From Oscarella lobularis (taxonomy: Eukaryota), in the NCBI RefSeq assembly GCF_947507565.1, contig NC_089176.1:4019882-4083881 (forward strand): a DNA stretch of 64,000 bases, read 5' to 3'. Position 1 is the stretch's first letter. The number at the start of each line of letters is the position of its first letter. Below, piece by piece: positions 32,901 to 48,501 of this stretch. The position numbers and the translations under genes are program-made. The notes beneath the pieces are model-generated. The model searched no databases and was not told the DNA's origin. It was given only the letters and a program-made list of their open reading frames with translations.

Positions 32901-35062
32901 CACGTTCCGCCCGTTATTAACTCCGTTTCGGCTAATGTAGCGATTGTTGGCGGAGTGGGCGTGTTGGATTGCAATGCAACGGGGAAACCCTCGCCTCAAA
33001 TTCGATGGCTCTTCTCTAGTTTTCCTCTACCCATTGTGGGACGACTCAAAATGGCTGCGAATCAGTCTTTGATTATAAATCCCGTGCGAGGAGCCGACGC
33101 CGGAACGTTTAGATGCGAGGCGACAAACAGTGTCGGAAAAACGACAAAAGACGTCGAATTTTTCATCAAATGTAAATAAATAAATAAATAAATAATAAAG
33201 TTCGCCAATAATAAATAATCATTATTATTATTATTTTTTCTAGCGGTACCCGGACGTCCCACCGCTCCCCAAGCGATCGATATCGGTTCAAATGACGTGA
33301 CTTTACAATGGACTGTTCCGTCGAACGGACATAGTCCGATTACGGGTCACGTGATTTATTATTCTACGAGGGATATGAATTGGGTAACTATTGATTTCAA
33401 TGCGAACACGACTCAAACGATAAGGGGACTGCAAGGAAATACGGAATATTTCTTCCGCGTTGCAGCGAAGAATGCGGTGGGTACGAGTGAGAGAAGTTTG
33501 GACTCTTTGCCAATAATAACCAAAATTGGACGTAAGTTCAAAAAAAAACGAATGGGATATCTAAATCGTTTCTTTTTTAGCTCCTTCTGCTCCTGACTCG
33601 GTTTCTGTGACTGCTAGGGAAGCGACTATGATTCAAGTGTCGTGGACGTCGCCCGTACAACCGAATGGCGACGTTCACTTGTATGAAATCGTCTACGAAC
33701 CGACTGTGAATCAGAGCGTTTCCTTGACGACGAGTCCCGTGACAATTCAACGAAATGCGACGTCACAGATGCGCGTTAATCTTACGGGACTCGTTCCCTA
33801 CGTGACGTATGTCGTTAGCGTGAGAGCGTCTAATAGTCGATGGGGACCCTACGCGCAAGTGACGGCAACTACACTCGAATCAAGTACGCCAAACAAAAAT
33901 TGATTCATTTGACGTCATTATTCGTTTTCTAGAGCCAACCGGATATCCTCAGAATATCCAATTGAACACTAGTTTATTGGATAATGGAGTTGCAATTATT
34001 CAGGTCACGTGGAAGGTACTAAACCGATTTAGAAATGGTTTTGGGGGGTTATTTTTGTTTATGTAGCCCCCACCGAAAAGCGAGCAGAACGGTGTTCTTA
34101 CTCAATATCGTATTGTTTATACGCCTCTTGTGCCCACGATCCAGCCTAATAGTAGTATCGTTCTGAGCGATTTTACGCACGTTCCCGCAGACGAAACGTC
34201 TATAATACTCGACGTCATTGCTAATACAGTATATGACGTCATAATTTCAGCAGTCAATTCGGCGGGACCGGGACCGTTTAGCCCACCAAAAAGAATTATA
34301 ACCCCACAAGGTAAGTAATATAATGACTAAGTATTGAAAAAAAGGTAAATCAAGAGTCTTTGTTTTTTAGTTAAGGAGGAGAAGAATGTAGGTGGGTTAG
34401 GGACTGGATCAATATCGGCTATTATTGTCGGATCTATTTGCTTTATTCTACTCATTCTTCTAATCGCGTTTCTCGTTTATTATCGAAATACTCGTCGCCG
34501 AGCGACGATGAATATAACGATTGGTGGGGAGTTAGGCAATGATGAATCGGTTGGCGGAGGAGGGAAAAAGGGCGGACGTTCGTCGAAATATATAGCCGAT
34601 TCGCCGGACATTCAAGTGAAAAATGTCAAGGGAAAGTTCGCGAGGAAAAAGAGTCAGCGAAAGAGTCCGCTAAAGGACGAAGCGCAGACGGAGAAGTTAG
34701 TGCAAGGGGAGGAAATGGAAATGGATGGTGGAGGGGAAAAGGGAGAGGAGAATCCGTACGCGGATGTCGAGGAAACGGAAGTCGAAACGCCGCGATATGT
34801 TGTGGGAGACGTTAGCGCCGCCGCGAGTAGAGATACGAATGCGAAAAAGGAAAGGGAGAGGGCGGAAAAGGAGCGAAAGAAGGAGGAGCGAAAGCGAAGA
34901 CAGGAGGAGGAGAAGAGAATAAAGAGGGCTGAGAGGGAGAAGAAAACGAAGGCCAAAGCGGCGGCGGCGCCACCGAAACGATTCAAGGACATTGACTTGT
35001 CGTCGCAAAAGGGAAAACAACAGGCACGAAAATTCGACGCCCAATCAGCGTCTTTGTTTTAA
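29920..35062 (+). CDS. Immunoglobulin-superfamily adhesion receptor with a signal peptide, about 10 Ig (I-set) domains, 3-4 fibronectin-III domains, a transmembrane segment and a K/E-rich cytoplasmic tail. About 14 exons.
   Basis: Signal peptide 'MKQRQRLGFVLLLSLLALV'. Each Ig exon has C...W...Y.C spacing (for example 'LQCLATGNPNPSYKWEF...AGNYVCVASN'). FN3 exons include 'PGRPTAPQAIDIGSNDVTLQWTVPSNG...YFFRVAAKNAVG'. Transmembrane segment 'IIVGSICFILLILLIAFLVYY'. The promoter is shared divergently with PARP4 (CCAAT at about 29858). Confidence 0.8.
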
Positions 35063-35210
35063 AAGAGCACAGCGCTTTTCGTTTTTTTCTCTGTGTACGT
35101 TTTTGCTACTATGTTATGGGTGAAATAAATTTTTGAAAAGGGAAAGGGAGCCGAGTTTGATTAGAATAGCGATTAAAACCCACAATGACGTACGTTGTGA
35201 CTACTAAAAA

Positions 35211-37372
35211 CTACGTAGGTGTCGTTAAAGATTCAGTTTCTGTTTTTGGCTGCTCGGGTTTCTTTGCCTTTGCCTTTGCTCGCCCCTTGGGTCCCCCCGT
35301 CGCCCCCGTCGCCCCCGCCGTCTTACCTGCGCCACCGCCGCCTGATGACGTCATCAATGGTTGAAAGGGGACGATTTCCGTGACGGTTCCGACGGCTTTT
35401 GTTCGTCCTTCGCGGAATATGAGCTTCGTTTCTTTTCGCACGTATTCGGGATTTTTCATGAATTTGAAATGGCAGAGCGCCTTGTCGCCCGTTCGCAGGT
35501 GGGGAAGGCTCATTCGTTGGATGGACGCCGTTTGACGAATACTGCCACAATGAACTAAAAAATAAATAAGATTAATTATTAATTGATTATTGGGGTTTTT
35601 ACCAACGGCTTGATATTTCGGACTTATCGTCGTGGGATGATGAAGAACGAGTATTTCGGCTTCGAATTCCCAACAGGCTTTGGGATTGAGACTTTTCGCG
35701 ACCATCACCATTCCCTTTCTCACCGCGTGTCGCTTCGTTTTCTTCAAGGCGAACGACGCCGTTTGACCGCCGCGCACTTCGCCCACAGGCAAGCGTTTTC
35801 GTTGAACGCTGCGTACGGAAACGGGGACGAATGCGCCGAGGTTATCTGGGCCGAGGAGAAGAGTATCATTGAGGCGAATTACGCCGGAAAGACACGTGCC
35901 ACAGACCACTGTTCCGACGCCCTTTGCGTAGAAAAGACATTCGGATTTTATTATTTATTTATTTATTTTTTCGGTGTACTGACTGGGACTTGATAGACGT
36001 CGTCGATTTGAAATTCGGCCGGTTCTTCGTCGCGAATGTCCATGCGTCCGGAGAGAAGATTCAAAAACGTTTTGAGAAGATTTAAATTCGCGCCCGTCAC
36101 ATTGGACACTTGAAAAATCGGACAAATCCTAAAAAATGAAATAGTTTAATTTAAAAAGTAATTAATTTAATTAACCTTTCTGATGTGAAATTTTTCGCGC
36201 TCATTATGACGTCATGTTCCGTGTTGACGACGAGGGGGATTTTTCTACATCCGGGCGATTTTAGTATGCGTGATAAGAGAGACATGTTCTCTTGTAGAAT
36301 GTGAGGTGGACACATGTCGATTTTCGTCACAACGACAAATACGGGAACGTTGAGAGCCAAAGCAAGACCAAGATGTTCTAAGAAAAAAATCATTAATCTG
36401 TTTTATTTTATTTTATTTATTTATTTACCTTTTGTCATGCCGACAACTCCCGCGTTGGAGCCAATCATCAGCATGCAAAAATCGGGGGCGTGTCCCGTCA
36501 TACCAAATACGGTCGTTTTGAGATATTTTTCGTGGCCGGCTAAATCGATGAATGTAATCACTTTGGATGAATTTCTGCAGATTTTTGCCCAATCAATATT
36601 ACCTTAATCAAAATTAAATAACTATTTAATTATTGATTTTTGATATTTACCGTGTCCCTCGCATTTATTGACGACGTCACCGCTCTGATTAAATCCCAGG
36701 ATGTCGTTTCCAACGCTACTCGTACGCCCGGATTCCATTTCGTGTTTGTGACGGAAAAGTTTCTGTCGAGCCAAGCCACGCCCATTGTCCAATTCTCCGT
36801 GAGTGAGAACGCCGAGAAGAGTGCTCTTACCCGCGTCCACGTTACCCACAACAGCAACTCTATATATAGATTCAATAATTTTAATTAATAAAATTTTAAT
36901 TTCTTACCTGACTTCGATGAAATCTTCTTCTATTTGATTTTTTCTTATTAGATACTCGGCCACGTGTCCGTCATCTTCCGGGGATTTTCTCAATAGGACG
37001 AGTTCACTGTTGCAAATTAGACAGAGCTTCTTCAGATTCTCTTCCGATTTGAGCATCTGCTCCGGCGACAACCCTCTCGCCATTCCACCTTAATTGAATT
37101 AAGTAAGTAATTGAATTAATTAATTGATTGATTTAATTACCTCCTGTTCCTAATTCGTAAATTGTTTCGCCGTGTCCGTCTCGAAGTCGCGCTTTCATTT
37201 GTTCCGCGAGAATTTCCATCATTTCGTCGCTCGGTTCGACCATTTGAAATCTCAACTCGTCGACGTCCTCCTCTTTTGCGATTCCGTTGACGAGATACGT
37301 GACGTCAGCGCCGGCTTCGAGCGAAATTGGCTCGAAAAGCTCGCAGCGAATTTCCTCTTCTTTTGTCGTCAT
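35211..37372 (-). CDS. GTPBP1: GTP-binding protein 1 (GTPBP1/GP-1, an EF-Tu-like translational GTPase), multi-exon.
   Basis: ATG at 37372. G1 motif '[53 protein letters not shown]'. G4 motif 'VVVTKIDM'. The C-terminal beta-barrel domains lie in ORF 35211-35909. Confidence 0.85.
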
Positions 37373-37664
37373 TTTTTACGTTTTCCACGTTCGTAACCGA
37401 AGTATCATTGCGATCGTCTGCAAGAGGAAAGAATAGTGAGAAGGAATCGTGCGCTGCGGGGCGCGAACCGCTAATCTCGCGAGCGAGCGAAAAAGAGGAA
37501 GAAGGAGGAGGAAAAACGCGCGTTTTCGTCGTTCTATCGCATCTTGGCGGTTACTGAAGAGTCGCGCCGGGTTCGCGCTTATATATACTTACTCGGAGAT
37601 GATGAAATTTCGTCGGGAAACGGAGCAATCGATTGCACCAACACGAACAATCCTACGCCAAAAC

Positions 37665-38621
37665 CCCGTATGCATTCTAACGCGCGTCGCAAGCTCTGTC
37701 GAAAAATGGAAGTCGAAGCGTCTACTTGCGCCTATGGGCGCTTACCGGGAATCTACGATTCTTTGCTTTATGCTGGCAGTCGATTCGAAGGTGAGCAGCG
37801 TAGCAAAGGAAATAAACACGACGTGGAAGTCGTTCTTCACGTGAGTTCAATATTTCGCGCGTTTTAAAATGTCTCAATGAGACGGTAGCATGTCGATCTC
37901 GAACACGACTTTCTCTGCGGATATCTCAAAATTAAAAATTTGGTCGAGGTTTGTACAGGAATGAGCAGGGAGCGCACTTCCGGGTTTAATTAATTATTAT
38001 TAGGATTTTCCTGTTATGACTACGTTTTTTGAGGGGGAAATTATTGGAGATAAGCATCCCTTTTTAACGCGAAAATGGGTATAGAATAAAATCAATTATA
38101 TATATATATAATTAATTAATTTCATTAATTAAGGAGGCTGATGAGGAAGTTGATAAGAAACATTGGGTGAGAAATATATTAATTATATGTGAAAATTTTA
38201 GGATCTGATTCTAGAGTAAATTTTCTTCTTTTCACGCGTACGCAAAATCTTTTAATTCGGACGATTTCGATTATCAAAGAGTCGTTCTTGATAACGTCGT
38301 ATTTATGAGATGGAAAGTAAAAAATTAAATCGTAATTAATTATTAGAATTAATAGCGATTATTAGGAACAATTTCTCGTACCAGATCATACAGTGACTGA
38401 TATCGCTGGGGCATCGTTTGCCGGTTTTTATTACATTTGCTGTCAAAAAACGGATTCTTCCATCGACGGCTTTTATTACCATAGAAACTCGGAGATGTGG
38501 GTTCGGGAGGCGGGGCCCAATTTTCGATATAATTAATTTATTGATTGATTATCATAGGTTCCAGACTTTGAAACTTCGACACGTTCCTCAAAAATCATTT
38601 TCAGTTTACGCATTTCACTGA
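37665..38621 (+). CDS. GID4: GID4 (VID24) substrate-recognition subunit of the GID/CTLH E3 ligase, about six exons.
   Basis: '[26 protein letters not shown]', '[20 protein letters not shown]', '[25 protein letters not shown]', '[26 protein letters not shown]', '[43 protein letters not shown]'. These match GID4 co-linearly. Divergent from GTPBP1. Confidence 0.8.
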
Positions 38622-38725
38622 GACATTGTGCGGAGAAATCTAGAGCATACACCCCCCTTGTCATAAAACCACAAAAAACATCAACTAAGACTAAGACACA
38701 GAAAGAGAAAAAAAAATTCGTAGGG

Positions 38726-41534
38726 TTACCATATTTTATCGGTTAATATAACGCATTCCGTTTCGCCGTGTTTTTTTCCTTTGACAAATCGCTTTGGCGG
38801 ACATTCGACGTACGCCTCTTCGCCGCACACGTGCTCTATCGTTTCAAGAATCTCACGTGCTTCCGGTCGACGTCCGGGTTCGTCAAAGGTCAATCGAATG
38901 CACGCGTCTTTGAGAATTGGATGACGAATGCGCTGCAATTGGCTACTGCGCATGTTTTTCACAGCGGTGCATCCGCTGAATAATTCGCCGAGTGTTACGC
39001 CGAGACTATAGACATCCGCCGCGATGCTATTGTGTCTAGCGAAGAGCGGAGGAGGCGTGCCGCTTCCCCGACCGCTCTCCGTCGAAGATTGACAATTGGG
39101 CGATCGTTCTGGAGCGAGATATTCGCTGCTTAGGGGGCCGATTGAAAAGGAGGCGTTTAGAACGTGCGAAGCGCCGAGATCGCCGATTTTTGCTTCCATT
39201 AGAGTCGATAGAAGCACGTTGGTCGGTCGTATGTCGCCGTGGAGAATTGTGGGTCGGAGTTGATGGAGATAGGAAATTCCCGAGAGGCATGCGCGCGCTA
39301 TGTCGACCATTTCGCGCGTCGTCAAATAGGACGTGAGATGCGCCGCTTGCATGACGTCAGTCAGGGAACCTTCGAGAAGTTCGAGAATGAGACACGGATG
39401 TTTGCGATTGACGGTGACGACGCCACAGATGGAAACGATGTGCGGATGTCGGGCCCGGCTGCACATGCGGATTTCCTGTTCGAATAACGGCATATTATGC
39501 TCGGAGACGAGAATTTCGTAGATGATTTTGACGGCGACGTGAGTTCCACGCCAACGCGCCACTTTAACCTCTAAAAACATAATTAATTTTATTGATTTTT
39601 GCCTTTCTGTCTCTTCTCACCAGCAAAGCTTCCTTTTCCGAGATTTATATCCGTTATTTCGAGATCGTCTTCCGGTACATTCATCACGTCTAATATCTCG
39701 CTCATTTGTCGTTCCCATTCGAGTCGCGCTTGATCCGCACTCAATCCCGATCTCTTTAGACGTTCGCATTCCTCTTCAACGGTTCTTAATCGTTCGATTA
39801 GGGCCGTTTTTTCCGCTTCAATGCGTCGTTTTGCGTTGCAATCCAACGTCAAAGTGCCCACGCGTTCTTCGAGTTTCGCAATGGAAGTCGACTTCTGAAG
39901 AATTATGAGTTTCAATTGTTCGATTTGTTTGCGTTTTTCCGAGACTTCGTCGCGTAAATTGCGATCGCATTCCTTGGCGCGTTCGCGTTCGAGTTCCTGT
40001 ATGGCAACTTCGCATTTCACTTGACTCTTACTCAATTCAACATCGCGTAATTTGAGTTGTTCATCCAATTGCGCTTTCGTTTCGTTGAGCGTTTGAATGT
40101 CGCGTAATCGACGCGATAGAAGAACTTGTTGGCTCTCCATCTGTCGTTTTAATTCGCGCAAACGCCCGTCACTGTCCGCTAAAGACATTTGAAATCGCGC
40201 TTCGAGTTTTCCGATTGTTGCAAGCGCTTCTTCGTATTCGAGACGCGTTTGTGTGAGATCGTTTTCGAGTTTTTCGTTCTCCAAAGAAAGTCGTCGTCTG
40301 TCGTCGCGTAGACGCGTCGAATCGTCGCTCTGATCGCGTCGCGCCGTCGCGAGACGATCGACTTCGCCTTTGAGGAGAAGACGATTCGTCGTACTCATTT
40401 CGAGTTCGCGTCGAAGCGCGTTAATCGTTTCGTCGTGCGCGTGAGCGAGTTCTTGGAGTTCGTCTTCCTTTAGGCGTTTTTCCGCTTCGATTTTTTTCAC
40501 GCTCGTTACGAGTTCGTCGATTTGAACGTGACATTGATCGATTTTGTGTTTGAGATATTCGACTTCGCCTTTCATTCGCGAAATTTCGAGGATTTGATCG
40601 TTTTTGCTGCGAACGAGTCGTTTCGATTCTTCCGTTAATTTTTCAATAATTAAACGATAATCTTGTTCGGTCGATTCCGTGCTTGCGACAATCATAGCCG
40701 CTTGGGTTGATAAAATCATTGTTTTTCGATCGGCTTCACAAAGCCTGTCTAAGGAAATGAAATAAATAAAATAAATAAAACGTGAGATGTGTATGGATTA
40801 TTTTTAGCATCCCCCCTTCCCCCTCCCTCCCTTCCCTTTTAATTAATTAACATAATGACCTTTCTCATCATCTCTCATATTACCTCGCATAATGTTTCTC
40901 AGATATTGAACTGTTTCCGATTTACTTCCGTTACTCGAATTACGAAACTCGGTTTGCTCGAGAACGTTACGACCGTAGGTGTTTTTCGCTTCCAAATCGG
41001 CGCCTTCTTCGACGAGAAGACGTAGCGTATCGACGTGATTCTTCGTCGCGGCGAGATGAGCGGGCGTACTCCCTTCCTTGTTCGGTGCGTCAATTCGCGC
41101 ACGAACGCGCAGCAAGAAACGCACGACTTCGAAGCTTCCCTTCGCCGCCGCCCAATGAAGCGCCGTCCAGCCGTTATCGTCGACGTTTTCGATATCGGCG
41201 CCGCGTTCGACGAGCGCTCGACAGACGTCGAATCGATCGTTGACGGCCGCTTCGCGTAGAGGCGTGTATCCGAGTGCATTGCGCACATTTACGTCGACTC
41301 CTTGATCGAGCGATAAACGAACGCGACTCACGTCGCCGTCGCGAGCCGCTTCGAGAAGTTCTCGATTGTGATCGAATGCTGGCGCCGCTACGGGATGCGG
41401 TGGAGGGAGAAAAAGAGAGGGAGGGCGTTCTTCGCGTTTACGGAAACGGTTTTTGTGTGTAGCTACTTACGTTGGCTCATGTGACGACGAAACGTCGGCT
41501 TATTCGACGTGAATTTCTTTGTGATGAAGCTCAT
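38726..41534 (-). CDS. Protein kinase with N-terminal ankyrin repeats and a coiled-coil of about 370 residues upstream of a C-terminal TKL-like kinase domain. At least four exons.
   Basis: Exon 1 is 41534-41469 ('MSFITKKFTSNKPTFRRHMSQR'). ANK exon at about 40843-41400 ('GYTPLREAAVNDRFDVCRALVERGADIENVDDNGWTALHWAAAKGSFEVVRFLL'). Coiled-coil exon 39589-40719 is heptad-rich and E/R/L/K-rich, and ends in the glycine loop 'LGKGSFAG'. Kinase exon 38726-39580 ('VAVKII', 'HGDIRPTNVLLS', 'KIGDLGAS', 'EYLAPE'). Confidence 0.7.
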
Positions 41535-41852
41535 TGCGATTGTGTACACGCGACGTCGGCGATGGAATGAGATCGTGTCGCGTGGACGGGGCTAATATAC
41601 ATGCGGAGATAGGGTATTCACCAGGGGAAGTGATCACATGACACGTGACTTATGTATGGGGGTGGGTCACTAACCTTTGCTTTGCTTTTGCGTCCGTTCT
41701 TTGAAACAGATCGAATTGGAACTTTGTGGGATTACAATTTCCGCTCGATTTTTTTCTTTTTCGCGTTCGTGTCTCGTCTCCTTCGAGTTCTCCCCGTACA
41801 GCACCCCACACACTAACACTAAGATAGTTTCACTTTCGCGCCGCATGACATT

Positions 41853-44325
41853 AGTCCGATTTATCGTCGTCCCCCGAACCGGCATCGTCGTCGTCGTCTT
41901 CGTCCTCTTCCTCACTTTCGAATTCGGCTTGAGGCACGTTGTAAATTCGAATGACTGCCTTCATTAGGGAAATAAAATTAGTTTTTGCCGTGGGGTGTAC
42001 AGTAAAACTGGGGGGAAAGTACCTTATTGGGATCTTTCAATATGAGATACTTGCCCGGAGCGAGTTTCAAGAGAAGATCGACAACAACGCGTAGGATTCC
42101 CCACGAATTGTGCACATCTAAATTGATTTGAGTTGCAAAATCTTTGGGACGATACTGTTGCGTTCCAAGAATGACGTGCTTTGTCGAATTGTAAGGATGA
42201 AGTCGAGATACGTATCTAAAGTAAAGAGATAAGATCAATTGAAAGGAGGAAGAAGGTACACCGCCCATCCGCCCTCTAAAGTAGCAACTACGCGCGCCCG
42301 GACGCGAGGCGCCACGCGAGGCGGGCGGGCGGCCGGCTGTGAATCTGCGGTCGCGCGGCTGTGCGTACGTACGTCTTATATATAGAACTTACCCAAATTT
42401 TAAGAGATGGGATCCAGCAAGGATGGCTGACATGGTCCATTTAGCCAGTTTAAAGCTATTGTTCTTCAGTTCGGTTGCCAAGACGGCGCCGCGTTGAGTA
42501 TCCAATTTGTGTCGCCAATCGGAAGCGCCAAACTATATACGGTAAAGTAGTTTTTTTATAGAGACATGCACGCGATACTGAGTATCTCTTTACTATGATC
42601 TGAGGATCCCATTCGTTGAGCGCTTTGATGTTGATACATTGTATGTCCGTTGATCCGGGTGCGGGCGGGAGAGCAGCGTCGAGTTCACATCGCGCAATCA
42701 GCTGCACGTTTTCACTCAGCTGAAACTTCCGATAGCGATATCCGACGGATGCTACTTCGCCCTCTTCCTCTTCATCAACGAATGGATTGGGATCGCCGAA
42801 TTGATGAACGGCTCCCTCCTCCTCAATTTTCAAACATAATAATGAATGGAGAAAAGTGAGTTTCTTGCTTACTTTTCTCAGGACTTGCTGCGAAAAATTT
42901 TGATTTATGAATGTCGCTTCGAGAGCTAAATTCGCGGGCGCGTTCATGCTGCTTCCGTCGTCTTGAGGCGGTTCTACGGCCGTCTCATTCACAGTCATCA
43001 AATCTGAAAAATTTATTAAATTGACGTCGTCATCACGCGGCGGAGGGGACAATGTATACCGAATTGAGACTTGTCTCGCTTGTCTAGAAAAAGAAAATTT
43101 TTTCCCACTCTCTAAAAGAAGAAAAGACTTAATTAAGTAATTAATTAGAGTATACATACTTGTGCAACAATGTCCCAAGAGTAGACAGATCGCGTGCACG
43201 TCATCAGAGTAGATAATATGGCATCTGTTGCAAAGACAATCAACTCCTCCGAATCTTTATACTTTTGGCTAAGCTGTTAAATAATAATAATTATTATTAT
43301 TATTTATCACGTGAAATCCTGGTACCTCTGGTATGACGGGATCATCGGATGTTGTCACTTTGTGAAATATTCTGTTTATTCCACGAAGCGGTTTTTCATT
43401 TTTCGTATTGACGCGATCATAACTTTTATCATAGAAGCCCATGGTACCATATTGTTTCCTAAAGAAATTAATTAATTAACAAGAGTTAGTAGAAGAGAAA
43501 CATCTTTGTTACAAATCTTCAGGTTCAGGTGGATCAATTCTCAATTTCGCCAAATTCTGAAAATCAACTTCCTGCACTATTTCCCATTCTCCTTTGACTT
43601 CGACAGAAGGTTCACGCAATTTCTGAGGACCCTACGAGAAATCAATAATAATATAATTAAATCCTAATTAATTTAATGATCAATACTCTGGAATGAGAAT
43701 AATAGATTCGACCGCGTTGATTCTTTCTCCAACGTCTCTCCTGTCTCATTCGATCTCGATCTCGACTCTTCTGAGCCTTAGTCAACGGTTGAACGAGACC
43801 CTTTTCCCTTTTCTCCTTCGGCGCTCTTTGCATACGTTGCTTTTAAAAAGTTAATTAAATTAACTAATTAAATTATGTAATTATTTAATTTTACCTGCGT
43901 GATTCTTTGTCTCTGTTTCTGATAAACGGATCGTTGAACTTTGCTCGTGTCGACGAGACGATATCCGACGTCATCTTCATCGTGGATGTACGAATACATT
44001 GAACCGGCCCCGCCCCCTCCGATTTGGGGCTGGTAACGATCTGCCCCATGACAAATCGACCTTTTTTCCGCTATTTTCCTCCTTCCATGTTTACTTACTC
44101 AAGTATTTTTTGTCTGAGTAGACGCTTCCTGTCCAATCGGACGCCTAAAGTGCCGTAATTCGACGATTTTTCGTCGTATCTTCTCGTTCGAACCTTTCCC
44201 AAGCGATCGGACTTGGAAAATGGTTGATAGGGAACGTCCTTGAATTGAGACGGCACGGCGCACGGTCCCCAGCCACTCGGATTGTCCTGAATCTCGGGCA
44301 GAAGAAAGAGAGGCTTCGACGCCAT
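41853..44325 (-). CDS. EIF3D: Eukaryotic translation initiation factor 3 subunit D, multi-exon.
   Basis: N-terminus '[45 protein letters not shown]'. '[38 protein letters not shown]'. '[52 protein letters not shown]'. Acidic C-terminal tail. Confidence 0.9.
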
Positions 44326-44450
44326 CTTGCGCGTTCTCTGAAAGCACGTGGAGACGCTGTCCCGGATAACCTTCTAAACGACCAACATCAAAAACTAATA
44401 TATAGTACGCATGCATGCAAGAAAAGAAAAGTGATTTTCGCCGCTGTTTA

Positions 44451-46881
<2,431 letters not shown>

Positions 46882-47085
46882 TGCTCCGCCGTCGAGTTCT
46901 GCAGCGAAGAAGTCGAATAGCGAATGGGTTCCTATTGGGGGGCCTCACCCGGGGGTGGTGGAGGGTATTGGTTCGTTTCTGCTGGCCCGTAAGCGCCTTC
47001 GTCCATCGTTTCAGGGCGAGAAATCGATTGCTGAGCTCAAAAAAAGATCGATTCGCACACAATCACGTGTAATTTAGCGTACGCT

Positions 47086-47960
47086 ACGATTCGATGGAAG
47101 AAGATTTACGAGAAGCTTCGTGCATCGGAGACGTCAACAAGGTCGTTCAACTACTTGAAAAAGGAGTCGATATAAACAGCCAGAACAAAGTGAACGGATG
47201 GTACACCTAAAAATTGGATTTGCTGTAGAAATTGATTTGAAACAATGTGTCTAATCATCTAGGACGGCTCTTCATTGGGCTTCTAAACGAGGTCACGCGT
47301 CCATAGTATCGACTCTATTGAAACAGGGAGCAAATGCTAATATAAAATCGAGCAAAGGACAAACGCCTCGACACGTAGCAATCGATTCTCACGTACTTTC
47401 ACTCTTACCACCGCCATCATCAGAAGAACTCGATGGTCAGTCAATAATTAGGCAAGAAAAATTATATCTTATCATCTTCTTAGATGATCTTATAGTAGCA
47501 AGTGAAACTCCACTTCCATTTCTTCCTAATTATCTTGCTCATCCAGAATTTTTCTATGCAACACGTCAACGTGGAAAGGATCTAGAGGAAGTTCCCCGTA
47601 GTCCTTGTTATGAATCAACAACTAATAAGCCTTCAATAGAAGGTGGTATTGTGGTCTAATGACATGTATTGTGATTGAGAGGTGGCATTGTGAATGCGGT
47701 TTCTTTTCATAGACCACAGTCGGATTGTGAAAGTGCGTCGATTTCATCCGCTTATCAATAGCGACTTTGTAGAAATTGAAATTATTGGAGAAAAGGGCGG
47801 CGGAATTTACGCAACGCTTCTTCATAAGATTTGTTGCGAATTGAACGTTTCGCGCGACGCTGTCGCGAAACTTCGTAAATTACCTAACACCTTAGTGCGA
47901 AATGACGACGACGTTCTTAGACTGAAACCTATGCAAGAACTCGAAGTCGTTTTGAAATGA
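47086..47960 (+). CDS. ANKRD40-like protein, with an N-terminal ankyrin pair and a conserved C-terminal domain. At least three exons.
   Basis: 'MEEDLREASCIGDVNKVVQLLEKGVDINSQNKVNGW' | 'TALHWASKRGHASIVSTLLKQGANANIKSSKGQTP'. 'LPFLPNYLAHPEFFY'. C-terminus 'IYATLLHKICCELNVSRDAVAKLRKLPNTLVRNDDDVLRLKPMQELEVVL'. Confidence 0.65.
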
Positions 47961-48501
47961 TTGGGGGCCCCGCACGTGCTTGAATAATTACCCTTTAATG
48001 GAAGTCATACGCCCATCCCTAGGGACTGTGCCAGTCCCGTTCAAACCGGTTGGCTTCCTCGATGATAATCAGTGTTTTCCTTGATCGAAACCCTTGAGAG
48101 TGCGCTTCTATAGGGAATTAGGTTATAGGCACTTTTAGGGCGCGTACATCATGATGTAGACACTACGGCGGCGGTTACGTTGTTTTGAGAATTCGACGTA
48201 GATGCAAATTAGTTTTTTGACAGCATGAGCCAGTGTAAGGGCCGAAGAAATGTCTAAGAACTGTACGATACCCTACAGCGAAACTGTAATGGCTTGGCAA
48301 TGCAAAGGGATTGGGGATTCTACCTAAGGAGACCCCTCGTAAAGCGACGGTCCCTTGGCACGTGATGGGGTAGTAGGGAGGAGGCGAATTGCATCATCAT
48401 AAATTGAAGACCCGAACTGCAGAGAGCAGCACTCTTGCACCAGCCGCCGTCGCGTGCACCGGACCTTCGATATATCCGACCTCTTTTACTCACCTTCAAT
48501 G

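Noticed and set aside
34654-35044. Minus-strand ORFs 34654-34992 and 34697-35044
   Set aside because: They are antisense to the low-complexity K/E-rich cytoplasmic tail exon of the IgSF receptor.
47990-48050. tRNA-like element with complementary 'ggaagtc...ggcttcc' ends and 'gttcaaacc'
   Set aside because: It is only about 60 nt long and has no D-arm or anticodon-arm pairing. The T-stem flanks are not complementary.
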